Positions 29,791 through 39,551 are shown, counted from the first letter of the stretch. The stretch: 64,000 nucleotides of DNA from an uncultured cyanobacterium (GCA_963710605.1 CAVQBA010000006.1:736001-800000); one strand, 5' to 3'. Notes: generated by a model from the sequence alone, not told the origin. A program made the numbers and translations.

Positions 29791-32046
29791 ATGGAGTTTT
29801 CAATCGCTACAATACTGTCTCTTCTAAACCCTGAGAAACTAGTACCGGGAAAAGCACTAGAAAAAAAATTAGGCTGTGAAGATGAGCAAGAAATAGAAAA
29901 ACTGCAAATAGCCCTCGATGTATTAGAAAAAATTGGCGTTGTCACCAAGGAATTCGGTAAATATCGTCGTTTAGTCGAAGATGATGTCGTTGAAGCTAAG
30001 TTGCGTTGTTCGAGTAAAGGTTTTTGTTTCGCTATTCAAGATGAGGAGGATGCAGATGATATTTATATCCGTGAAACTCATTTAAGTAATGCTTGGAATA
30101 GCGATCGAGTTTTGGTGAGAATTATTAAAGAAGGCACTCGTCGTCGCTCCCCTGAAGGAGAGGTTAAATTAATTTTAGAAAGAGCAAATCCTTCTGTTTT
30201 AGCCAGAGTAGTCGAAGACGAAACCAAACAACATTTAGCCGTACCTCTAGACGATCGTTTGTTGTTTGAATTAAAATTGAAACAAAATGGACTACAAATA
30301 GATGATGCAGTTAATCATTTAGTTCATGTTAATATTTTGCGTTATCCCATCGGGCAAAATCCTCCCTTAGGTAAAGTTGTCAAAATCTTAGGTAGTGATG
30401 CAGAAACTGCCGCCGATACTGATATTGTCTCTTCTAAACACGATTTACCTCAAGAATTTCCCGATCGAGTTTTACAACAAGCGGCTAAAATTGATCCCAG
30501 TATTAGTGAAGAAGAAATCGCAAAAAGAGTAGATTTAAGAGATATTTTAACGATTAGTATCGAACACGATGTTTCTCAAGAGTTAGATTTGTTTGTGGAA
30601 AATGCTCTTACCTTACAACAAACCGAAGACAATAATTCTTGCTTAGGAATTCATATAGCTGATGTCGCTCATTTTATAGAAGCCGACACCCATTTAGAAA
30701 GAGAAGCCCGTAAAAGATGCACAACCGTTCATCTAGGGGACAAAATAATTGAGTTGTTACCTCAAGATGTTAAAAAATGTTGTTCTTTAGTACCAAATGA
30801 AGATCGTTTAGCCGTATCTGTTTTCTTTACTTTTGATGATAAAGGGCAAATTTTAGAATATCAAATCAAACCGACAATCATTAGATTAGATCATCAATTA
30901 ACATATAAAGATGTGCAGGCGATGATTGGTGAAGAAGAAAAAAACATCAAGCCTGAATTAAAAACAGCTTGGGAAATGCTTAATCATATAATCTTAAAAA
31001 TTAGTCCTTTAGTGAAAGCTCAAAGACTACAAAGAGGTGGTTTTGATATTAGCTTAGACCAAATTACCTCTTATTTTAAAGATGAAGGTAGGATAGGAGC
31101 GATCGCATCTTATTCTCGTTTACCAGTATTATCATTAATGACCGAATTAATGGTTTTAGTGGGAAAAGTTGTTGCTGAGCATTTAAATGCTTTACAAGTG
31201 CCGGGTATTTATTGCTCGCAAAGTAAACCAGATTGGGACGAGTTAGAAGACTTACTCAAATTAGTATCTAACCTGCAACTAGACTTTGAATTAGACTCAG
31301 AAGCCGAAATCCAATCTTTTGATTATTACCACTTAATCCAAGAATTTAGTAAATCTGAATACGATAAGGTATTACATTACCTATTGCTTAATTCTCTTAA
31401 ACCAAACAAATATATTCAACATCCCGCCCCTCATTTTGGTTTAGCTTACCCTATCTATACTCACTGTATTTCTCCTGGGCAACGTTTTATTGATTTACAA
31501 ATCCAAAGAGTCTTAAAAACCGTCTTTGAAGAAGGAAGAGATAGACGTAGCACAAGGGTAAAAAAAGGAGTTGACTTGTATAGTAATACCTGTCATGGGC
31601 AAATAGATTGGAATGTATTGCCTCCTGCAACCCAAAGTAACCTAGAAGCAGATTTACATTCACTAATTACTCATCTTAACGAAAGAGAAAAAATTGCCGC
31701 TGATGCCGAATCAGATTTAGCCGGGCTGAAAAAAGCCGAAGAAATGAAAGATAGAACAGGTAAAATCTTTAATGGTTTAATTACTGGTGTACAATCTTAT
31801 GGTTTCTTTGTGCAAATTGATGATTGTTTAGTCGAAGGATTAGTTCATGTTAGTTCACTCAAAGACGATTGGTATGAATATAACCTTAAACATACCTGCT
31901 TAGTTGGGCGTAAAAACAGAACAGCTTATCGTTTAGGTGATAAAGTAGATGTGGAAGTCAAAAGCGTTGATTATTATCGTCAACAAATTGATCTGGTTAC
32001 TGTTTGTGGTGGTAGCACAGCAGTTGATGAAGATTTTGAACACTGA
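29791..32046 (+). CDS. RNase R-like protein, Zam-type, with a degenerate catalytic motif
   Basis: HTH-CSD-RNB-S1 layout; ISIEHDVSQELDLFVENAL replaces TIDxxxxxDxDDA. Confidence 0.85.
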   Translation: MEFSIATILSLLNPEKLVPGKALEKKLGCEDEQEIEKLQIALDVLEKIGVVTKEFGKYRRLVEDDVVEAKLRCSSKGFCFAIQDEEDADDIYIRETHLSNAWNSDRVLVRIIKEGTRRRSPEGEVKLILERANPSVLARVVEDETKQHLAVPLDDRLLFELKLKQNGLQIDDAVNHLVHVNILRYPIGQNPPLGKVVKILGSDAETAADTDIVSSKHDLPQEFPDRVLQQAAKIDPSISEEEIAKRVDLRDILTISIEHDVSQELDLFVENALTLQQTEDNNSCLGIHIADVAHFIEADTHLEREARKRCTTVHLGDKIIELLPQDVKKCCSLVPNEDRLAVSVFFTFDDKGQILEYQIKPTIIRLDHQLTYKDVQAMIGEEEKNIKPELKTAWEMLNHIILKISPLVKAQRLQRGGFDISLDQITSYFKDEGRIGAIASYSRLPVLSLMTELMVLVGKVVAEHLNALQVPGIYCSQSKPDWDELEDLLKLVSNLQLDFELDSEAEIQSFDYYHLIQEFSKSEYDKVLHYLLLNSLKPNKYIQHPAPHFGLAYPIYTHCISPGQRFIDLQIQRVLKTVFEEGRDRRSTRVKKGVDLYSNTCHGQIDWNVLPPATQSNLEADLHSLITHLNEREKIAADAESDLAGLKKAEEMKDRTGKIFNGLITGVQSYGFFVQIDDCLVEGLVHVSSLKDDWYEYNLKHTCLVGRKNRTAYRLGDKVDVEVKSVDYYRQQIDLVTVCGGSTAVDEDFEH

Positions 32047-32203
32047 TAATTAATTGACAATTGACAATTATTTTTAATTCAACTACCGATTTAGTGATAA
32101 TAGAGAGTTGAAGGTTGTGAAGTGTACAATCACTTTCAATTCTTCATTCTTCTCCACTATAATTATCAATCAGAATTGATCTTTTTTTAAATTCTCAAAA
32201 ATA

Positions 32204-32941
32204 ATGAAAAAGTTACTCCTATTACTTAGTTTAATTGTTTGCCTAACAGGTTGTGTTAACTACGATGTTGGGATTAAATTTCCCCAAGCAAACCACGGTA
32301 CAATTACCCAAAAAGTTAGGCTTAGCGAACAATTAACTAACGTCAGCGAACAAGAAGGTAAAAACTGGCTTAGAAGTCTTGATAGAAAAGCGTCTAGGTT
32401 ACAAGGTAAAACTAAATATATATCCGAACGTGAAATTTTAGTGACAATTCCTTTTGCTAATGGGCAAGATTTAGCTCGTAAATTTAATCAATTTTTCTTA
32501 CCTTCTGTTGATCAACAAAAGATCAACAGTTTTACTGATGATAGCCAAATCGATTTACTTGATTTATCAGCTAATTTATCGATCGTGCAAAATAATGCTA
32601 TTTTTGTAGAGCGTAATACTCTTAAACTAATTGCCGATTTAACATCATTAGGAGTAACAACTGATGAAGGAAATATTATTTTTTCCTCTGGAGATTTAAT
32701 TGATTTACAAGTGCAATTAAACTTTCCTTGGGGTGCGAGAATCATTACTAATGAATTTGCGGTAGAGAATAAATTACCTAATAATGGCTACAATATTCGG
32801 TTACAAGCAGGACAAATTAACGAAATCACTGCTATATTCTGGCTTCCTAATTATGTCGGTTGGGGTAGTTTAGCAATTATTCTCTTTATTATTATTGTCT
32901 TCTTCTTGAAATACAAAAAATTACCGTTAGTTAATAATTAA
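32204..32941 (+). CDS. Lipoprotein, DUF3153-like
   Basis: Lipobox LTGC, VNYDVGI, C-terminal TM helix. Confidence 0.75.
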   Translation: MKKLLLLLSLIVCLTGCVNYDVGIKFPQANHGTITQKVRLSEQLTNVSEQEGKNWLRSLDRKASRLQGKTKYISEREILVTIPFANGQDLARKFNQFFLPSVDQQKINSFTDDSQIDLLDLSANLSIVQNNAIFVERNTLKLIADLTSLGVTTDEGNIIFSSGDLIDLQVQLNFPWGARIITNEFAVENKLPNNGYNIRLQAGQINEITAIFWLPNYVGWGSLAIILFIIIVFFLKYKKLPLVNN

Positions 32942-33087
32942 ACAGTAAAAATTTTGTAGGGGTTGAATATATTCAACCCTTGCTTGGTTTTATTACGTGA
33001 CTCTAAACCCCTCTTAATCCCTAACCACTCTTGCATCTGTGCGAACAAGGGTAGAATTTGAAATATAAATACCCGTACCAAAAAAAC

Positions 33088-33485
33088 ATTAATATTTTTC
33101 TTGATTACAGTCTTGAATAAACTTTTTAAACATATAATCGTTTTTGCTGATTATTTGTAGTTGTTTGTAAAGGTTGGTCATAAATAATACATCCTTCATT
33201 AACTTGCACACAATAACCGAAATTATCTCTTTGAGAAACTTTCTGTTTCTTTTCTAACTTAGAACGAATATTCTGTTTATTTATTTTTTCTTCTAATATT
33301 TCACCTAGTTTTTTCCATAATTGAGAAGATTCTTTTTTGATATGAGATTCACTACAATTATTAAAATCTTGAGCTATTTGCCAATTCTTTTTCCCCTCCC
33401 AAGTACCTTTTAAAATAGTTTCTTGTATCGGTGTAAGTTCAATTAAATCATCGATGTAGTCCAAAATCTCCTCAATATGATTCAT
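33088..33485 (-). pseudogene. Internally deleted copy of the HTH/NB-ARC regulator at 35180-36529
   Basis: Near-identical N-terminus; 33115-33138 matches the last codons of the intact gene (35194-35217). Confidence 0.9.
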
Positions 33486-33636
33486 TTATAGCTCTGGGTT
33501 AAAAATTTAATCTACCAAATTATACTAAATCAAAACACGATCCTACCAAAATTAAATACAATATCCTACTCTGCTCAACGATTTAAGAACATAAGATGAT
33601 TTATAAAGTTAGGAAAATTAATAACTTATTAACTAA

Positions 33637-33702
33637 GCCCTTTTACTAGCTCGTTCTTTTTCTAAACCTAGAGGATATGCGGGAGATGCTGAATTAATCG
33701 AT
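33637..33702 (+). pseudogene. 66-bp remnant of the methyltransferase gene
   Basis: Matches 36907-36971 (PF..RSFSKPRGYAGDAELID). Confidence 0.85.
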
Positions 33703-33757
33703 ATATGCAACCTTTCAAGGAAAGAATTACTAAAAATTCGTCATATTAACCAAATTA

Positions 33758-34930
33758 ATGTCTTTATTCAAGTTCTTTAAACGTAAACTACCTTTGGCTT
33801 GGTTACAAATCAGCCACGAAAGGAAACGTTTACTGGTTGCTGTTTTAGGGATTGCCTTTGCAGATTTCCTTATGTTTATGCAGTTAGGGTTTCAAGCAGG
33901 TTTATACGAAAGCAACACTCTCTTGCATCGCAAATTAAAAGCCGATCTCGTTCTCGTCAGCCCCCAAGCCCTCTACATTGCTTTTTTAAACGACCTTTCC
34001 CGTCGTCGTATTTATCAAGCCAAGAATTATGAAAATGTTGTATCTGTTGCCGCCTTGTATGTCGATTATGCAGTGTGGAAGCATCCTAAAACCAAGCGGG
34101 AAACCACTGTTTTGTTTTTAGGGTTTAACCCAAAAAAGACAGCGATCGATATTCCCGAAGTTGCTGACAATCTCGATCGAATTAAATTTCCTGATGCTGT
34201 TTTACTCGATCGAGTCTCTAAAGGTGACTACCAAACTGTGATTGACGCTCTTAAAGCTGGAGAAATTGTCTCTACAGAAGTAGGAATACGGCGGGTTAAT
34301 GTTGTGGGTTTCTATGATTTAGGAGCAAATTTTTCGACTAATGTCAATATTATTACCAGCGACTTGAATTTCTTTCGCCTCTTTCCTCATCGGGATTTAA
34401 GTCGCATTAGTATTGGCTTATTGACGCTCACTCCTGGAACCGATCCTAAAAGTATGGCGAGAGTTTTACAAGCTGACTTGCCTAATGACGTGCAAGTTCT
34501 AACCTTAGAAGAATTTGCCGAACTAGAAAAAAAATATTGGGCAAGAGTGACTCCCATCGGTTTTATTTTTGGTTTGGGGGTAGCAATTGGTTTTATGGTA
34601 GGAACGATGACGGTGTATCAAATTCTTTATTCTAACGTTGCCGATCATCTCCCAGAGTACGCAACCCTCAAAGCAATGGGTTACCACGATCGCTATTTAC
34701 TGGGTGTGGTGTTGCAACAAGCGTTAGTCTTAGCTATCTTGGGTTTTATCCCTGGAGCTATCGTTTCATGGGGTTTATATCACTTAGCAAGTAGTATAAC
34801 CCTCTTACCTATTGTCATGACGGGGGAACGGGCTTTATCGGTTTTAGTAGCGACAATAGCCATGTCAACCCTATCGGGGGGAATCGCCATCCAAAAGCTA
34901 CGGGAAGCAGATCCAGCTGATATTTATTAG
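33758..34930 (+). CDS. devC: DevC-family ABC exporter permease (FtsX-like), without partners
   Basis: LPLAWLQ, GIAFADFLMFMQLGF, YQILYSNVADHLPEYATLKAMGY, KLREADPADIY. Confidence 0.9.
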   Translation: MSLFKFFKRKLPLAWLQISHERKRLLVAVLGIAFADFLMFMQLGFQAGLYESNTLLHRKLKADLVLVSPQALYIAFLNDLSRRRIYQAKNYENVVSVAALYVDYAVWKHPKTKRETTVLFLGFNPKKTAIDIPEVADNLDRIKFPDAVLLDRVSKGDYQTVIDALKAGEIVSTEVGIRRVNVVGFYDLGANFSTNVNIITSDLNFFRLFPHRDLSRISIGLLTLTPGTDPKSMARVLQADLPNDVQVLTLEEFAELEKKYWARVTPIGFIFGLGVAIGFMVGTMTVYQILYSNVADHLPEYATLKAMGYHDRYLLGVVLQQALVLAILGFIPGAIVSWGLYHLASSITLLPIVMTGERALSVLVATIAMSTLSGGIAIQKLREADPADIY

Positions 34931-35179
34931 TCAATCTTTCAGTGTATATATCAATTATCAGTGATATGAAGTACAGACCGATCCCCCTAAATCCCCCTTT
35001 CTAAGGGGGACTTGCAAATATTAACTCTACTTATCTAGTAATTTTTATCTATTAAGTATCCCCAATTAATTAAAGGTCAAAAAGCTTAAGTTCGTAGCCG
35101 CCATCGCTTAAGCCCTTATCTTAATTGCTTTTTATACCCCTTTAGGGGTAACTATAAACTTTCTTTTATTTAGGTAGCA

Positions 35180-36529
35180 CTACTTACATTCTCGAATAAA
35201 CTTTTTAAACATATAATTTAGCTTAAAAGTCGTACTTTCTTCTGATTTAATTTTTTCAACTAAACAACGTCTGATTAAAGATTTTATCACGGCTAAAAAC
35301 TGATAGTTAGAAATTTCTAGATTCATTGGTTGCAGTGAAAGATTTATTAATTCATCTTCTCTATCGGCAAACCACTTAATAACTTGATTTTCTAACTCTG
35401 ATAAACGTTCTAAATGAGATTCTAAAAAGGGTTTTAAATCATCAAAAAATATTTCATTCTCTTCTACTAAAAAATCACTAACCTTACCTTGATAAAATTC
35501 GTTAATAGTATCGGCGATTGTATTTAGCCAAGCTGGATTACTTTGATAAAGTTCTATTAATTTATGCCATTTTTCTTCATCTTGTAAGTTTTTTTCTTTT
35601 AATAATTCTTGAGCATCTTCTCTCAATCCTTTTAGTTGTAATGTCTTTACTTGCTTATTTTGTCTTGCTAAAATTTCTATATCTTTCGGTATTTCTTGAC
35701 TGATTAAGATGAAACTACTTTGATGATTTAATGTGATAATTTGCTGAAAAAACTTACTATAATCTTGATATTCTTTTCGATATTGCCCTGCTAATTCGCC
35801 ACTTCTAAATATGTGATGAAAATCATCAAAAACTATTAAACAACGAAATTGTTGAAAATAACTAATTAGGTTAGATAATGAACTTGATCGATCTGGATTT
35901 AAAAAATTTTCAACTTCTTGTTTTACGTTAATCAGTTTAGGAATATCATCAAAACTTTTGTAAAATATATAGTCAAATTCGGTTTTTATTTCAGAAATTA
36001 ATTTGAGTATTAAAGCTGTTTTTCCTACCCCAGTTAAGCCACAAACTGTTATTAGTTTAGTTTCATTTTCTAGCCAATTTTTTAAACTAGCAATTTCTAC
36101 ATCACGTCCATAATCACAACTTAATTCTGGTGCTTGGGTTAAATCAATTATTGTTTCTTTTTCTTTTAATGAAGACGATCGTTTTTGCTGATTATTTGTA
36201 GTTTGAATAAATTGACTATTAATATTTATGTTATTTTGATTATTTTGTAAAACACAGTTACGAGAATGATTAAAACTAAGAAAATCTTTATTCTTTTCTA
36301 ACTTAGAACGGATATTATGTTTATTTATTTTTTCTTCTAATTTTTCACTTAGTTTTTCCCATAATTGAGAAGATTCTTTTTTGATATGAGATTCACTACA
36401 ATGATTAAAATCTTGAGCTATTTGCCAATTCTTTTTTCCTGCCCAAGTACCTTTTAAAATCACTTCTTGTACTGGTGTAAGTTCAATTAAATCATCTATG
36501 TAGTCTAAAATCTCCTCAATATCATTCAT
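35180..36529 (-). CDS. HTH plus NB-ARC-type STAND ATPase, with no C-terminal repeat domain
   Basis: ILKGTWAGKKNWQIAQ...SQLWEKLS HTH, GRDVEI, GLTGVGKT, LIVFDD, RLSELE, SLIRRCLVEK. Confidence 0.88.
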   Translation of the reverse strand: MNDIEEILDYIDDLIELTPVQEVILKGTWAGKKNWQIAQDFNHCSESHIKKESSQLWEKLSEKLEEKINKHNIRSKLEKNKDFLSFNHSRNCVLQNNQNNININSQFIQTTNNQQKRSSSLKEKETIIDLTQAPELSCDYGRDVEIASLKNWLENETKLITVCGLTGVGKTALILKLISEIKTEFDYIFYKSFDDIPKLINVKQEVENFLNPDRSSSLSNLISYFQQFRCLIVFDDFHHIFRSGELAGQYRKEYQDYSKFFQQIITLNHQSSFILISQEIPKDIEILARQNKQVKTLQLKGLREDAQELLKEKNLQDEEKWHKLIELYQSNPAWLNTIADTINEFYQGKVSDFLVEENEIFFDDLKPFLESHLERLSELENQVIKWFADREDELINLSLQPMNLEISNYQFLAVIKSLIRRCLVEKIKSEESTTFKLNYMFKKFIRECK

Positions 36530-36551
36530 TTGTAATTCTTACTTGGAAATT

Positions 36552-36623
36552 TAATCTACTTTAATATACCAAATTCTACTAAATAAAAACTCAATCCTAC
36601 CAAAATTAAATACGATATCCTAC
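36552..36623 (+). promoter_or_regulatory. Phased TAC-core direct-repeat array, candidate operator; duplicate at 33509-33569
   Basis: TAC at 36557, 36567, 36577, (AAC 36588), 36598, 36611 and 36621; -10-like TAACAT at 36646. Confidence 0.55.
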
Positions 36624-36695
36624 CCTGACAAATAATTGAAAAACATAACATGATTGTTAGTTAGAAAAAATTAAATAATCAAACGTTCTTGAATT

Positions 36696-37637
36696 ATGCG
36701 ATCGCAGTCCAACTTAATTAAAGAATCAGGATACAGTTTGATGGATGAAGCACAAAACCTGCTCTTGTCCGATCGTATTACAGAAGGTATGGATTGTTTA
36801 TCGGTAGGGATGAAAAATCTTAAAAATCATCATACAGCTAATGAGTGGCAAGAATTTGCTCAAACAACATTTTTAGAGCATCCTGTAACTCAAATAATTC
36901 ATCAATGCCCTTTTACTTATCGTTCTTTTTCCAAACCTAGAGGATACGCAGGAGATGCGGAATTAATCGATCTGATTTATGGTTTTAACTTAGACAGTCT
37001 TGATTTATCAAATCGTGCTAATCAAATTTTTGAACATTGTCGGTATTCGCCAACTTCTACTAGTGTAAGGGCAAGACTAGATGTTTTAGCACAAACGATC
37101 GATCGAGTAGCAGAACAAACCAATCATCCAGTTAGAATGATGTCTATTGCTTGTGGGCATTTGCGAGAAGCTCAAAAATCAGTAGCAATTCAAGAAAATA
37201 ATATTAGTAAATTTATCGCTTTCGATCGAGATACACTTTCTCTTCAACTAATCGATTCGCAGTTAAACAATAACTGTATCGAGACAATTCAAGGCTCAGT
37301 GACAACCTTGATTCGAGAAAAACAAACTTTTGAAAACTTAGATTTAGTTTATGCGGCAGGTTTGTACGATTATCTTGACCAGCCTTTTGCGACAAGATTA
37401 ACCAAAATAATGTTTGAAATGTTACGCTCAGGAGGAAAATTATTACTTGCTAATTTCGTTCCTAATCATCCCGATATAGGTTATATGGAAACATTTATGC
37501 AATGGTATTTAATTTATCGTACTGAAAGTCAATTAGAAGACGTTGCTAAAGAGATACCTACTAATGAAATTGCCGAGAAACGAACTTTTTTTGAAGAAAA
37601 CGGCAATATTGTATTTTTGGAATTAACCAAAGTGTGA
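36696..37637 (+). CDS. Class I SAM-dependent methyltransferase (KPRGYAGD family)
   Basis: KPRGYAGD, SIACGHLRE, YAAGLYDYL, GGKLLLANF. Confidence 0.85.
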   Translation: MRSQSNLIKESGYSLMDEAQNLLLSDRITEGMDCLSVGMKNLKNHHTANEWQEFAQTTFLEHPVTQIIHQCPFTYRSFSKPRGYAGDAELIDLIYGFNLDSLDLSNRANQIFEHCRYSPTSTSVRARLDVLAQTIDRVAEQTNHPVRMMSIACGHLREAQKSVAIQENNISKFIAFDRDTLSLQLIDSQLNNNCIETIQGSVTTLIREKQTFENLDLVYAAGLYDYLDQPFATRLTKIMFEMLRSGGKLLLANFVPNHPDIGYMETFMQWYLIYRTESQLEDVAKEIPTNEIAEKRTFFEENGNIVFLELTKV

Positions 37638-37950
37638 GGAATTTTAACGTAAAAATAGAGGGTGCAAACCTTGCACCCCTACAGCAGAAAATAAAAAGAC
37701 CGATCGCTCGCCTTCAATCCCTGACCCCTCTGCCTATCGGCATCTCCCAGATCCCCCCTTGATCCCCCCTTACTAAAGGGGGGGTAGGAGACTGGATGAA
37801 GTTTAAAGATGCTTCGCTTTTATTTTTAGGACTTGCTGATAACAACTATTGCAAATTTTATTTGAATTGGGAAGTCCCCCTTGACAAGGGGGATTTAGGG
37901 GGATCGATACGTACTAAATAATACTAATAATTAAGATAAAAATTTTTGAC

Positions 37951-39024
37951 ATGACTCGATCGTATTCTCTCAACAGTTGGCTAGACAAAGAAACCAGAAA
38001 AAGGATTTATCAAAAATCTGACTGGAAAGCAATTGGTATTTTTCTCGGACAAATTTTTCTTTATTTGATTTGTTTAGTTGGTGCGATCGCTGATTACTCA
38101 ATTATTTTTAATTTGATTTTCAGTATTTATCTTGGTTTTACGATCGGTCAAATTTTTATAACTGGTCATGATGCTTGTCATCAGGCTTTGACAAAATCTT
38201 CTTTTCTCAATCAAATTATTGGTAGAGTTGCTTTTTTATTTTCTCTTCATTCTTATTCTCTGTGGACAGTTACACATAATAACTATCATCATAACTATAC
38301 CAATATTAAGGGATTAGATCCTGTCTGGTGTCCAATGACAAAGGAAGAATTTGAATCTCAAAATTTAGTTCGCCGTTACCTAGAAAAACTATATAGAAGT
38401 TCGATCGGCGGCGGCTTTTATTATCTTCTCGAAATGTGGTTACAGAAATTTATTGTGCCTATTAATACTCAAGTTCGCTCTGAATGGAAAAAATATCTGC
38501 CTGACAGTATTTTAGTTCTTAGTTTTGCTATTTTGCAAACTTTTGTAATTGTTTATTTAGGTAGTTTTCTTGCCCCAAACAAGTCACCTATAGAAGTTTT
38601 AGTTTTAGGTTGGCTGATTCCTTTTGTGTTATGGAATTGGTTTATGGGAATCGTTATATATTGTCATCATACACATCCTGATATTCCTTGGTTTCAAAAA
38701 CATGAAAAAATTCCCTTTAATCAAATTCAAACTCATGTTACCAGTCACGTTATTTTTCCCAAACTGGTTAGCAGATTGTTGAATAGTATAATGGAACACA
38801 CTGCTCATCATCTTCAACCAACAATTCCAATGTACAATCTAAAGTTGGCACAAGACAAACTAGAAGAAGTTCATCGTCAAAACATAGTTGTCTATAATTG
38901 GAGTTTGGCAGAATATTGGAAAATTACTAAAATTTGTAAACTTTACGATTTTGAACAAAGATGCTGGACTGATTTCAATGGTAATCCGACATCTAAACCT
39001 GTTTGCACCGACTTTGAAAGCTGA
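37951..39024 (+). CDS. Membrane fatty acid desaturase
   Basis: His boxes GHDACH, HNNYHH, HHTH and HTAHH. Confidence 0.92.
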   Translation: MTRSYSLNSWLDKETRKRIYQKSDWKAIGIFLGQIFLYLICLVGAIADYSIIFNLIFSIYLGFTIGQIFITGHDACHQALTKSSFLNQIIGRVAFLFSLHSYSLWTVTHNNYHHNYTNIKGLDPVWCPMTKEEFESQNLVRRYLEKLYRSSIGGGFYYLLEMWLQKFIVPINTQVRSEWKKYLPDSILVLSFAILQTFVIVYLGSFLAPNKSPIEVLVLGWLIPFVLWNWFMGIVIYCHHTHPDIPWFQKHEKIPFNQIQTHVTSHVIFPKLVSRLLNSIMEHTAHHLQPTIPMYNLKLAQDKLEEVHRQNIVVYNWSLAEYWKITKICKLYDFEQRCWTDFNGNPTSKPVCTDFES

Positions 39025-39075
39025 GTTAAGCTACAAAAGGAGAAAAAACAGCAGTAGTAATTTTTATATTTTTCT

Positions 39076-39200
39076 GTAGGGGTGCAAGCGGTGGAAGCCC
39101 GCGTCGGCGTAAGACGCAAACGGTCAGAACCCGCGACGACGGCAAGTCGCAAGGGAAGGCTGACCAAGACGGGAACGTCCACCAAGACGGTTTGCACCCT
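39076..39200 (+). mobile_element. REP containing a 50-nt element (39088-39188) that itself contains a 51-nt relative (39120-39170)
   Basis: Removing both inserts leaves GTAGGGGTGCAAGGTTTGCACCCT, identical to 13707-13730. Confidence 0.85.
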
Positions 39201-39275
39201 CATTGATGACATTTATTACTTTTGATTAATGAAAAAGTAGGTAAGATTAATAATAAATAATACAATCAAATTGTT

Positions 39276-39551
39276 ATGGAAGGAATTCAATATATTGTCG
39301 ATGACAAAGGAGAAAAAACAGCAGTAGTAATCGACTTAAAACAATGGGGTAATATTTGGTCAGAATTTTCTACTGTGTTAGCCGATCGTTTTAGAGAAAA
39401 AGAGGAATGGTTATATCAAGATGGTGGAGAAGAAAAACTCGATCGTGTTGAAGACACGGCGCTGCGCGATCGAGCATTAGAATGGTCTGCTAATAACCCA
39501 CCTCAAGAGTCTGATTTAGAAGAGCTAGAAAGAAAAATTAGACAATCATGA
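39276..39551 (+). CDS. Small antitoxin-like hypothetical protein with a 27-nt in-frame insertion
   Basis: IQYIVDDKGEKTAVVIDL; CGATCG-21 nt-CGATCG at 39440-39472. Confidence 0.65.
   Translation: MEGIQYIVDDKGEKTAVVIDLKQWGNIWSEFSTVLADRFREKEEWLYQDGGEEKLDRVEDTALRDRALEWSANNPPQESDLEELERKIRQS

Noticed and set aside
38943-39212. 89-aa minus-strand ORF
   Set aside because: Read-through of the GC-rich nested repeat, and it overlaps the desaturase
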